Notes under the pieces: model-generated
Database searches by the model: none
What the model was told of the DNA's origin: nothing
The model's input: the letters and a program-made list of their open reading frames with translations, nothing else
In this document: positions 11,956 through 22,731 of the stretch, piece by piece
Position numbering within the stretch: position 1 is the first letter of the stretch
Layout of the letters: each line of letters opens with the position of its first letter
Assembly: GCF_001272835.1 (NCBI RefSeq)
Contig: NZ_CP010546.1
Coordinates: 90,001-122,000, forward strand
Direction of reading: 5' to 3'
Length of the DNA stretch: 32,000 nt
From: Mycoplasmoides pneumoniae FH
Lineage (GTDB): Bacteria; Bacillota_I; Bacilli_A; Mycoplasmatales; Mycoplasmoidaceae
Translations under genes and position numbers: made by a program

Positions 11956-13902
11956 ATGAAAAACCTGTTTGCTTGCCAACACTTAGCGTTAAGTGCTATT
12001 CAACACGCTAAGGGTGGTCATGTGGGAATGGCCTTAGGTGCTAGTCCTATTTTGTACACCTTATGGACTAAACACATCCAGTTTAACCCTAACTGTCCCA
12101 AATGGATTAACCGGGACCGTTTAGTGATGAGTGCAGGTCATGGTAGTATGGCCTTATACCCGATCTTACACTTTGCGGGGTTAATTACGAAGCAGGAAAT
12201 GCTCCATCACAAATACGGGCAAGTCAACACCTCTTCCCATCCCGAGTATGCCCCTAATAACTTTATTGATGCGTCCACTGGTCCCTTAGGACAAGGCCTA
12301 GGAATGGCTGTCGGGATGGCCTTGACACAACGGGTACTAGCAGCTGAATTTAAAGCGTTAAGTCCCAAACTGTTTGACCACTTTACCTATGTGGTTGTGG
12401 GTGATGGTGATCTCCAGGAAGGGGTGAGTTATGAGGTAGCTCACTTAGCAGGGGTCTACCAGTTAAATAAGCTAATAGTGCTCCATGATTCCAACCGGGT
12501 GCAGATGGACAGTGTCGTGCGTGATGTGTCCTTGGAAAACCTGCAAACCCGGTTTACCAACATGGGGTGAAATTACCTTGAAACTAGTGATGCAGTTGCA
12601 GACATTGATGCTGCCATTGAACAAGCGAAAAAGTCCGATAAGCCGACCTTCATTGAGGTGCACACGACAATTGCTAAAAACACCACCTTGGAAGACCAAC
12701 CCGCTGGTCACTGGTTTATTCCTACCGACAAGGACTTTGCGCGCTTTAACAGCAACACCAAGACTAACTTTACCCCGTTTGAATATCCCCAAACGGTGTA
12801 TGACTTCTTTCACAAGCAGGTCATAGCACGCCAAGCTAAACCAGTGCAAGCTTACAAGGAATTACTGGAAAAACTAAAGGACAAACCGCTGTATACTAAG
12901 TTTATTAATTGAACGGAAAACGATTACCAGGCGTTGTACCTCAACCAGTTAGATGAACGCAAGGTAGCACAAACCAATGCGGCAACCCGTAACTACCTCA
13001 AGGACTTTTTAGGCCAAATTAACAACAGTAATTCCAACTTGTACTGTCTCAATGCTGATGTAGCACGTTCGTGTAACATTAAGTTAGGTGATGATAATTT
13101 ACATACCAATCCGCATTCGCGCAACATTCAGGTGGGTATTCGGGAATTTGGTATGTCCACCATTATGAACGGGATGGCACTCCATGGTGGGGTCAAAGTG
13201 ATGGGTGGTACATTCCTAGCGTTTGCTGATTATTCCAAACCCGCAATTCGCTTAGGGGCGTTAATGAACCTCCCCACCTTTTATGTGTACACCCATGACT
13301 CTTACCAAGTCGGTGGTGATGGACCAACCCACCAACCGTACGATCAACTCCCGATGTTAAGGGCCATTGAAAACGTTCAGGTTTGACGGCCTTGTGATGA
13401 AAAGGAAACAGCGGCTGGGGTTAACTATGGTTTGTTAAGCCAAGACCAAACTAACGTATTAATTTTGACCCGTCAAGCTTTGCCTTCCCTAGAACAATCT
13501 GATAGTGTACAGACCTTGAAAGGGGGCTATATTATTAGTAATAGAAAACAACCCGATGTCATTGTGGCCGCTAGTGGCAGTGAAGTTCAGCTGGCATTGC
13601 AACTAGAACAAGCTCTAAACGAACAACAATTAAAGACGCGGGTGGTGTCAGTGCCCAACATTAACATGTTGTTAAGTCAACCCCAAAGCTACTTGCAACA
13701 ACTGTTTGATCCTAACAGTGTTTTACTCACCTTAGAAGCGAGTGCTAGCATGGAGTGGTATGCACTAGCAAAATACGTCAAAAAGCACACCCACTTAGGT
13801 GCTTTTAGCTTTGGTGAGTCCAATGACGGGCAAGTCGTGTATGAACACAAGGGCTTTAATGTGACTAACTTACTCAAGTTGATTAAAACTCTAAAGAGTT
13901 AA
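11956..13902 (+). CDS. tkt: Transketolase
   Basis: Frames 11956..12570, 12658..12912, 12934..13386 and 13432..13902 are collinear once TGA is read as Trp. Motifs include HAKGGHVGMALG, STGPLGQGLGMAVGMA, VVGDGDLQEG and GIREFGMSTIMNGMALHGG. 648 aa. Confidence 0.95.
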
Positions 13903-13911
13903 AATAGAGTA

Positions 13912-15513
13912 ATGGTTAAGGTCTGAAAAATTGGGTTTGGGGTCTTTCTACCAACAGCGCTTTTATTCTCGGCCTGTTCGTTTAAGGACTATATTCCTAC
14001 ACCAAGCTTTAGGAAGGATTTCAGTACGGAGAACAATTTTGTTAAAAATAAGGTTCCCGGGAAGGATGACATTTACAGTAAATTTTACGATCTAACCTTT
14101 TCCTTAAACTTTGTTAACAACCAAGCCCAAGATTTTGGTACCGGTTGGTTAATTGACTGGAAGGGTGATGAGAATAAGGATCTAAGCAAAAACAAAGAAG
14201 GACAAACGGCATCTCAAACCAGAAGTTCCTCTGAACAAACTACCGATCAAGACGCTAACCTCTTTACTGCCTATATCGCCACTAACCTCCATGTCGCGGA
14301 TGGTTTAAAGAATGATCAGGACTACGCTCCTTACAACAAGGATGGTTGGGGTCAACCATATCCTTACCAGCAAAAAACCCAATCCTTCTTATTAGGTAAG
14401 TACACCAAACCTAATGTCCAGTTAGTCAAGACTAACTATGAAAAGCCAGAGGATGCCGTGATTGAGCAGAAGCTCAAGGAAGATTCGCTGTTGTTTATCC
14501 AAACGAGTACGTTACCTAAAACAGCATACGCAGCAATTGATCCGGTGAACTTTAGCTATAACCCAACCCGTACCAACGGTTTTTGAACAGCCGGTAAATA
14601 CAATGTTTACAATGGTGGTAACAGCATTGGTAACTATGCTGATTTTGCTGTGATTGAAGTACCGTTAGTACTATCCAACCCCAATGATGCCAAGATCTAC
14701 CAAGAGTGGATTAGACCAGCTACCCAAGCCTACAAATATTTAGGTGATGTAGAAGGTTTGTTTGCTAAGAAGGGCTATCGCAGTTACATCCAAGATTTCT
14801 ACCACTTATTGGGTTATCCGGTAACTAAGAACACTAAATCAGAGTTTATTTTGGGACAAAGTCAAGGTACTGTGAACCACATGAGTTTTAGTAATGATGA
14901 GTCCAATACTACTAATACTATTACTAAAGCTAGCTTAACTCAGCAACCCCACAAGGAACAATCAGCTTACGTGGTACGTGAAAGTGGACTGCCAACCCTA
15001 ACAATGAATGTGGACAAGTACACTGGTGCAAAGGGAACTCACCTAGTTAACGTTGACCAAATTACTGACCTTAGTTTGGGTGATGGTTTAATTGACTTTG
15101 GTGGATTATCACGCTTTATCTTGCAGTACCACAATGTGAACTATAAGCAATTTGGTTATGGCACGATCTTGTGAGATACTAACTTTGCCGGTGGTTCTTC
15201 TGGTAGTGCCATCTTTAACCAAAACAAGCAGATTAACAGTATTTACTTTGGAGCATTAGTTAATGTAACTACCGACAGAAACGAAAATGTGGGTTTAGGC
15301 TTAGGGCAAATTCTCCGTGCTCCCAATACCTTCAACTCTTCCCACGAAGTGCCCTATTCTTATGACCTCATCTTTGGTGATGTTAACACCACCAATTTTT
15401 ACGCCCAGTTTGCGAAAAAGCACAACACCCACATGTGGAGCAAAATTCAAAGTACGCAGAATGGAGAAATTGGTTTCCACAAAAATTCAAAAACCGGTCA
15501 ACAGCGGCATTAA
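13912..15513 (+). CDS. Lipoprotein, DUF31/MIP-type trypsin-like peptidase family
   Basis: MVKVWKIGFGVFLPTALLFSAC is a signal peptide plus lipobox. Also AYIATNLHVADGL (His), ADFAVIEVPL (Asp) and TNFAGGSSGSAIFN (Ser). 533 aa in code 4, TAA stop. Confidence 0.88.
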
Positions 15514-15562
15514 TCGGTTTTTGAGTAAATTTATAAAGTACTATTTTCTTTAACTAGTTGCC

Positions 15563-17137
15563 ATGTTACTCCGCTCTGTTTGGTATAAGCTTGGTAGTCT
15601 GTTAATCATCTTACCGCTAACGGGTTGTGGTTATGTCAGACTAAAGCGTGCTAATTTCCAAACAGACTTTACCATTAACCGCATTCCCACCCAAGGGGAT
15701 GTGTACCATGATAACTATGACCTGACTTTTTCACTCAACTTTGCTACTAGTTCCAAAGATTCTTATGGTACGGGTTGGTTAATTGACTGGAAGGGTGATG
15801 AGAATAAGCCTAGCAATACCGATCCCTTCCTGATTTACTTAGCGACTAACCTACACGTAGTCGATGCCTTGCGCAATCCCCAAGACTATGAACCTTACAA
15901 TAAGGATAGTAATGGTCAGGACTATGGTAATCGTGATATAACCCATTTCTTTGCATTGGGTAAATACACTGATCCAGGTTTATTGGGTGTTGAAACAAAA
16001 GAGCAATCAGCCTTTATTTCGATTCAAACATCAGCAATCCCCAAAACCGCTTATACGGCTAATGATTTTGTTGATTATCAGTATGATAGTCTTACAAAAC
16101 AGTGAAATAAAAAGAGTGATCAAAAAGATCAAACTCAAGAACAAACGGTAACAGGGCAAAGCTGATCTTACAAACCAGCTTATGCTGACTTTGCGGTAAT
16201 TGAAGTGCCATTGTTCTTAGACAACGTCCGTGACAAACAGGTCTTTGATTATTTTGTCAAACCAGCCATTGAGACCTATAAAAAGCTTGGTGATACGGCT
16301 CAATTATTTACTGAGCAAAACCTAAAGGAATTGGAAAAGGAAACCTATATTATGCTGGGCTATCCGGTAGTGGAGAGCAATATTTATGCCCACATTTTAG
16401 GTCAAGGAAAAGAGTTGCGTGTGACTCAACAAGTCAACAACCAACCAGTTAAAAAGAACTATGTTTTGCAAACCATTACTAAAGAGCAACACACTTTGGA
16501 TATTACGCGTGAAATACCAACCTTAATCCAAAACAAGAGTTTATCGGGTGATTTTGTTGGTAGTAAGCTCTTATCTCAAGAAGAACAACAGCAAGAACAT
16601 GCTTTTTTGGGTAACTTAAACCAAGGGATAATTGACTTTGCTAGATTGTCAAACTTTAACTTGCAGTACCACAACCGCGAATACCAACAATACGGTAAGG
16701 GTTTAGCATTAGCTAACACTAACTTTAGTGGTGGTTCATCCGGTACCTTAGTTTTAAATCAACAAAAACAAATTTCCGGGGTTTACTTTGGCGTGTTAGA
16801 GTTTGGTGGCACCAACGGCACTAACCGTGAAAGTAGTATTGGTGTTGGTCAAATTTTGCGAGTAAAAGATGACGCTCAACTCCAACAACACAGTCACAAC
16901 AACTTACTTTCACAATTAGGTTCCAGTCATAACTCGATTACTTACGACATTATTTTTGGTAACAAAGACACTAAAAACTACTACGCCCAGTTTGCCAAAA
17001 AACATCAAACACATTTGTACAGCCAAATAAGTTCAAGTAATCAGCAAGAACTCAAATACGTCGATAACGATCCAAATCTCAAGATTAAAGAAGAGGCTGC
17101 CAAAAGCACTGTTCAGAATTTAACTGTCTACAGTTAA
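15563..17137 (+). CDS. Lipoprotein, paralog of the preceding gene, DUF31/MIP-type trypsin-like peptidase family
   Basis: MLLRSVWYKLGSLLIILPLTGC lipobox, LATNLHVVDALR (His), ADFAVIEVPLF (Asp), TNFSGGSSGTLVLN (Ser). Track ORFs 15563..16105 and 16205..17137 join across TGA. 524 aa. Confidence 0.88.
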
Positions 17138-17243
17138 TTACTTTTCGCATTTCAATAATTGAAGAGTTGGTTAGCACAAATTTAAATTTAAGGCTAGTTT
17201 AATGACTATTTATTTTTAATTAGTCAACAGTGATTTAAATTTT

Positions 17244-18683
17244 ATGCAATTAACTACAAGTCAACAAATGCAAACTAACTTTCTTACTACAAATAAACAT
17301 CACTTATTGAAATACACCAACGGTTTGATTTGGTGTTGGTGATTATTTGTTATTTCTTTAGTTTTAGCTTCATCGACATTTAGAGGTTTCTTTCTCGGCA
17401 CTATCAATATTGTGAATTTTGTGTTTTGGATATTAGCACTGATTTTTGGTGTAGCTGTCGCTTTCATTAATGGTGTTTTGAGTAGTGAATTAAAAGAAAA
17501 TTCAGTTTTTCAAGAAGAACAAAAACGATTCTTCTTGGGCTTTTTCTTTCCACAAATGGCTTTCTGTAATGCGCTTTGACTGAAACTTAAATTAAGCTAT
17601 CTAAATTCTGAAAGAGAAAACTTATTAGAAAAAATAAAGCAAAAACTAAAGAAGCTTACCTTGTCTGTTTTTGTTGTTTGAGGAATTTATTGTGTTTTAG
17701 CAACCTCAATTTATTTACCAAATGCATTAAGAATTTTAAACATTTATCAAATACCTAACTTAATCGCTTTAATAAATAATAGATTGAGTGAAATTTTGCC
17801 AGATGGTAACCGTTATTTTTTAGGTCATTCTTCATTCGCTTTTCATTACTATGAAATAGTTTCAAGGATTCCTTTTTTAGTTTTCTTTATTATTCCAACA
17901 ATAACCTTAATTACTTTAGGTTGCTATTTATTCGCTTACTTAAGGTTTATAAACTCAAATAAGTTAAGAAAACCACTTTCTACTTTATCAATAGTTATCA
18001 TGCTGACTGATGTTGTGGGAATAATTCAATGAATAATTATTGATATCTTATTAATTTGGCTTAATGTACCCTTTGTTATATTTGTAATTTTTTGAGTAAT
18101 AAAACTTGTTTTGCCTTTAGCAATGATAGGTACGTTTGTCAGCTCCTTAACTATTTACAAAAAAGTAACAAGCAAAGAATGATTAGCAATAAAAGAAGAA
18201 CAAATTAATTTAACGACAATGAATATTAATATTAATATGGGAGAGCAATCATCCAAAAACATGAATTCTTTTGAAAATCATGAATCAAATGAACGAAATA
18301 GTCTTCAAATTTATCAACAACATTCATCTATGATGTCAGAAACAAAGAGAAAACAAAGTAGCTTAAGTTATGATGCCAGAATTCTTTTACCTAAAAGTCC
18401 CTATAACACAAAGAAAACTTTATTTTTAATTATTTTCTTTTCCATTATCTCCTTGATATTGGCAACTATAGGTAGTGTGTTCATTTCTTTTGCTATAGTT
18501 CAAATTTCTATACCTTTTTACGTTATAGGTGGAGTTATTTGATTTTTTACTTTTATTTTCTTTATAGTAACTTTTGTAGCAATTGTAAGGTTCATAGCAG
18601 AGTACTTCGCTAATAAGTTAAATGCACTTACATGAAAAGTGGATCTTTCTGGACTAGAGATTAAACCTAAGGAAGAAGAATAG
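17244..18683 (+). CDS. Multi-pass membrane protein, two-domain member of a local paralog family
   Basis: Code-4 ORF from ATG 17244 (MQLTTSQQMQTNFLTTNKHHLLKYTNG...) through 17784..18032 and 18219..18542 to TAG 18681-18683. The C-terminal module contains LLPKSPYNTKKTLF...VRFIAEYFANKLNALTWKVD. Confidence 0.82.
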
Positions 18684-18828
18684 TTATTGATTAAATTTGT
18701 TATTAAAAACCAAAAATTTAGTTTTTAAATAACTTTCTGTCTCTAAAAAAACGTTATCTTGTAAACTCAAAGATAGTTTCAGATTAGCTTTGCTTGCAAA
18801 AGTTTAATCTGTAAAAAGTTTTAATTCT

Positions 18829-19770
18829 ATGGAGTCTGCACTAAACCAAGAGTTTCAAATTGATTTTTGTGTAAAAAACAAAAAACTGTTAAAAATTTTA
18901 GCTAACGTTCTTATTGCTTCTTGGTTATCGTTTGTTGTTTTTTTAATCCTAGGTTGTATAGCTATTGATCTTTTTCGATTTGATCTTTATTCCCAATTTT
19001 TCTTTAATCACTTAAGTACTTTATCTGCTTTAGCATGAACGTTTTTTGTATTAGCAATACTTTTTGGAGCAGCTACATTAGCCATTAATGGGTTTTTCTA
19101 TAAAGAAATAAGAAAAAAATCAGCTTTTAAAGAAGATTCTAAATAGTTTCTTTTAGGCATTTTCTTTCCCCAACTTGCTTTTTCCAATGCGCTTTTCCTT
19201 AAATTTAAGTTAGCCCATTTGGATTTAAAAAAAGAACTTTTATTTAAAAAAGTAAAGCATAAAATAAAACTAATTAGTTTATTTATTTTTGGATTTTGAT
19301 CAATTTATGTTGTTTGCATGACTTTAATTTATGTGCCAACTATACTTAATTTAATTGATAGTTTCAATTATTCCGAATCCATCTATAAATGAGTTGACTA
19401 TTTCTTTCGCCATTTAGAAAGTAGAGATTTTTATTTTAGTAACTTTGGTTTTATATCACTCTTTTTGTTGCTTTTTGTTATTCCAACAATCACTCTCACA
19501 ACATTAGGTTGCTTTCTATTTAGTTATTTACGGTTCACAGATATAAACAAAATAAAGATACAGATTTACAGCTTGTTAACTGTTTTCATTTTTATTGATG
19601 TTTTTGGTTTAGTGGTGTCTGTTCTGTTTGGTTATCTTTTACCTCTTGCTTTTGACTCACTGCCTTTTTCAGTGAATTTAACAAGAGAGGTGTTTTTGTC
19701 TTTAGCTATGATAGTCATATTTGCTAACAGTGTCATTTTTACTTTAAGGCAAAAAAGAAATATTGATTAA
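18829..19770 (+). pseudogene. Paralog of the N-terminal module of 17244-18683, interrupted by one in-frame TAG
   Basis: ORF 18829..19146 (MESALNQEFQIDFCVKNKKLLKI...SAFKEDSK*) continues in the same frame as FLLGIFFPQLAFSNALFLKFKLAHLD...NID* ending at 19770. The site aligns gaplessly to SVFQEEQKRFFLGFFFPQMAFCNALWLKLKLSYLN in the intact paralog. Confidence 0.75.
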
Positions 19771-19817
19771 TTAGCGAAAAAGAACGATTAAAGCTTCAAG
19801 CAATTGCTAATTTAAAT

Positions 19818-20236
19818 ATGGAAAAAGAAACAAAGAAAGATTTATTAAGTGAAGTGAAAAATAGCTTTCATTCTTCTAACAAAAATATTAAAAGCGAAAT
19901 TATTTTGAAGAACACTTCAGAAAATAATATTTATTTAAGAAGCGATGCGAGAAGGCTTTTACCTAGAATCCCTTATAACACAAAGAGTGCATTATTATTC
20001 ACCCTTTTATTTGCATTTCTATCTGGCCTTTCTTATGGTCTTGCATCTTTATGTATTAACTTCTCGTTTACTTCGCCACAAATTTTCATTGTCTTAATTT
20101 ATTAGGGGTTCTTTTCTTTATTGTTGGTCTTGTTTTGGGAATTATTACCTTTATATGATTAATAAGATTCATAGCAGAATACTTTGCTAATCGTTTTTAT
20201 GCACTTAAATGAAAAACCGATGTTCCTAGTACGTAA
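19818..20236 (+). pseudogene. Frameshifted paralog of the C-terminal PYNTK / AEYFAN module
   Basis: MEKETKKDLLSEV...SDARRLLPRIPYNTKSALLFTLLF...FIVLIY* ends at TAG 20103-20105. The homologous tail resumes in another frame as LGVLFFIVGLVLGIITFIWLIRFIAEYFANRFYALKWKTDVPST* ending at 20236. Confidence 0.75.
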
Positions 20237-20357
20237 AATAAATCGAAGCAATAATTTAAAAATTGTTATTAAAACAGAATTTTAGTTTTTATCTAGATTT
20301 CCGTTTCCAAAAAAATGTTTCCTTGTAAATTTAAAGAAGTACTTTAAATAGAAAAAA

Positions 20358-20813
20358 GTGAAACAGAATTTAAGTAGTAGAGACTTTATTAAAAAGTCAG
20401 AAAAAACAGTATCAACTACTGTAAATATAAATACAGAAGCTAGTAGTTATATTGCCAAAAATCTAGAAAACCAAAAGGCAGTTCTTTCAGCAAAGGAATT
20501 AGAAAAACAAGAGCTTTTACTAGTGCGCTTAAATGCAGTAAAAAGATTTCCGTGCTATCCATACAATACAAAAAAGGCATTTAATATTTCTGTTTTATTT
20601 GTTCTATTAGCTGGTCTATTTTTTACTGCGTCTTATTTCTCTATTTTTTATTCGATTTTTACTAGGTTTAAAGCTTTACTTATTTTCTTAGGAGTAGTTT
20701 TTATTCTTATAACTTTCATTATGCTAATTCATTGCTATATATGGTCAGTAAGGTTCAAATCAGAGTACCTTGCTAATCGTATTTATGCACTGAATTTTCA
20801 AAAAGGAGCCTAA
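20358..20813 (+). CDS. Membrane protein, intact C-terminal-module paralog (151 aa)
   Basis: GTG start, ...LNAVKRFPCYPYNTKKAFNISVLFVLLAGLFF...VRFKSEYLANRIYALNFQKGA*. Shares the PYNTK and EYLANR motifs with its neighbours. Confidence 0.75.
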   Translation: MKQNLSSRDFIKKSEKTVSTTVNINTEASSYIAKNLENQKAVLSAKELEKQELLLVRLNAVKRFPCYPYNTKKAFNISVLFVLLAGLFFTASYFSIFYSIFTRFKALLIFLGVVFILITFIMLIHCYIWSVRFKSEYLANRIYALNFQKGA

Positions 20814-20862
20814 TATAAGTGTTCAACAAAACCCAACAAAAGAAAACGTTAGTGATGTTAGC

Positions 20863-21333
20863 ATGATAGAAATAAATAATTTGACCGCTTTAGAAAGGGA
20901 TGAAAAAGTAGAAACGGAAGACATTAATACCAATGTAATAGCAAATACTTATACAGTGCAAGCCAATGTTCCAACTGCATTTCAAACCAGTGAAACAAAT
21001 AGTAATACTGTTACTAACGTCCCAAAATCTCCAGAGTTAATAAGTATTCAAAGATTAGAAAGATTAAAAAATAGGTATACTTTCCTATAATTTTTTTCAC
21101 TTTTAATTGGCTTCATTTTAGCCATATTACACATTGGAGGCTTTACTTTTGCAGGTGGTATTAATTTATTGGCCTTTTTAAGTTTTATAGATGCAGTTGC
21201 TTTTATTTGTTTTATTGTTTTCCTGGTTTTAGCAATTTCTACATCGCGAAGAATTAGAGACTTAGAAATGATGCAACAAATGAAAGAACTTGTTGATAAA
21301 AAGCAAGAGACACCAGAGCAAAATAAACAGTAA
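20863..21333 (+). pseudogene. Possible membrane-protein gene interrupted by an in-frame TAA
   Basis: ORF 20863..21090 (MIEINNLTALERDEKV...RLERLKNRYTFL*) is followed in the same frame by FFSLLIGFILAILHIGGFTFAGGINLLAFLSFIDAVAFICFIVFLVLAISTSRRIRDLEMMQQMKELVDKKQETPEQNKQ*, with soluble N-terminus then two TM segments as in the neighbours. Confidence 0.5.
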
Positions 21334-21449
21334 GTTATTTATTTTTAAGGGTTATTTATTTCTCTTTTTAGGAAATCCATTTGAAATATTTTGCGAATTT
21401 AGTTTATTCAATTCAAAAGACTTTTAAAAGAAATTAAACTGTTACTGTC

Positions 21450-22577
21450 GTGGAGATTAAAACTTACAAAATTAAAGATATTTGTGAAGCTTCACATGGA
21501 AGAGAAATAAATACTAAATATCTCCGTGAAAATCAAGGAATTTATCCTGTTTATTCATCAGCAACTTCTAATGAAGGTGAAATGGGCAGAATCAAAACTT
21601 ACGATTTTGATGGTGAATATGTTACCTGAACTACACGTTGAAGTTATGCCGGTAGCATTTACTATCGAAATGGTAAATTTAGTGCTTCCTCAAATTGTGG
21701 AATTTTAAAAGTTTTAAATAAGGAAATAAATCCTAAATTTTTAGCTTATGCTTTAAAAAAAGAAGCAAAAAAATTTGTTAATACAACTTCTGCTATTCCT
21801 ATCCTTAGAACGCAAAAAGTTGTCGAAATTCCCATTGATTTCCCACCCTTGCAAATTCAAGAAAAAATTGCTACTATCTTAGATACTTTTACCGAGCTAA
21901 GCGCCGAGCTAAGCGCCGAGCTAAGCGCCGAGCTAAGCGCCGAGCTAAGAGAGCGAAAGAAGCAGTATGCCTTCTATTGCGATTATTTACTTAACCCAAA
22001 AAATTGAAAAGAGGAAAATAAATATTACAAGCTGGGAGAAATAGCTCAAAAAGTTTTAGTAGGTGGTGAAAAGCCTGCTGATTTTAGTAAGGAAAAGAAC
22101 GAAGTTTATAAATATCCAATTCTTTCTAACAACAGTAAAGCTGAGGAATTTTTGGTTTACAGTAAAACTTTTCGAGTTGAAGAAAAATCCATTACGGTAA
22201 GTGCTAGAGGCACAATTGGTGCCGTTTTCTATCGTGATTTTGCTTATTTGCCTGCTGTTAGTTTAATTTGCTTTGTACCTAAAGAAGAATTTGATATAAG
22301 GTTTTTATTCCACGCATTAAGAGCCATTAAATTTAAAAAGCAAGGCTCTGCAACAGGCCAGTTAACAGTGGCTCAATTTAAGGAGTATGGTATTCATGTA
22401 CCTTCGCTGAAAAAACAGAAAGAAATCGCTGCTATCTTAGATCCACTTTACAGCTTTTTTACTGATCTAAACGAAGGTATTCCTGCTGAAATTGAACTGT
22501 GCAAAAAGCAATTGGATTACTATCAGAACTTCTTATTTAATTGAGTGCAAAACCAAAAAGCAGCATCAATCCTGTAA
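21450..22577 (+). CDS. hsdS: Type I restriction-modification specificity subunit (HsdS), two TRDs
   Basis: Code-4 ORF from GTG: MEIKTYKIKDICEASHGREINTKYL...PPLQIQEKIATILDTFTELSAELSAELSAELSAELRERKKQYAFYCDYLLNPKNWKEENKYYKLGEIAQKV...PSLKKQKEIAAILDPLYSFFTDLNEGIPAEIELCKKQLDYYQNFLF. 375 aa; duplicated TRD / conserved-helix layout is typical of HsdS. Confidence 0.92.
21894..21947 (+). repeat. 12-bp tandem repeat (GAGCTAAGCGCC) x4.5 inside hsdS
   Basis: Perfect copies at 21894-21905, 21906-21917, 21918-21929 and 21930-21941, then partial GAGCTA at 21942-21947. Encodes ELSA repeated. Confidence 0.97.
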
Positions 22578-22731
22578 GCAAAGAACTTTTTCTCTATGTT
22601 CTTTTAGTGCATTTTCTAACTGAAAATATCCAAGTAATTAGTTGTATTTTTCAGAAAGCTTAACTAAAATTCCATTGATTCGGTAGTTTGTTTATTTAAG
22701 TATTTGGCCAACATGACCAAATAAATTTTTT

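Noticed and set aside
21894-21947. The 12-bp repeat considered as a CRISPR array or intergenic VNTR
   Set aside because: Units are contiguous without spacers and are in frame inside hsdS; it is a coding tandem repeat.
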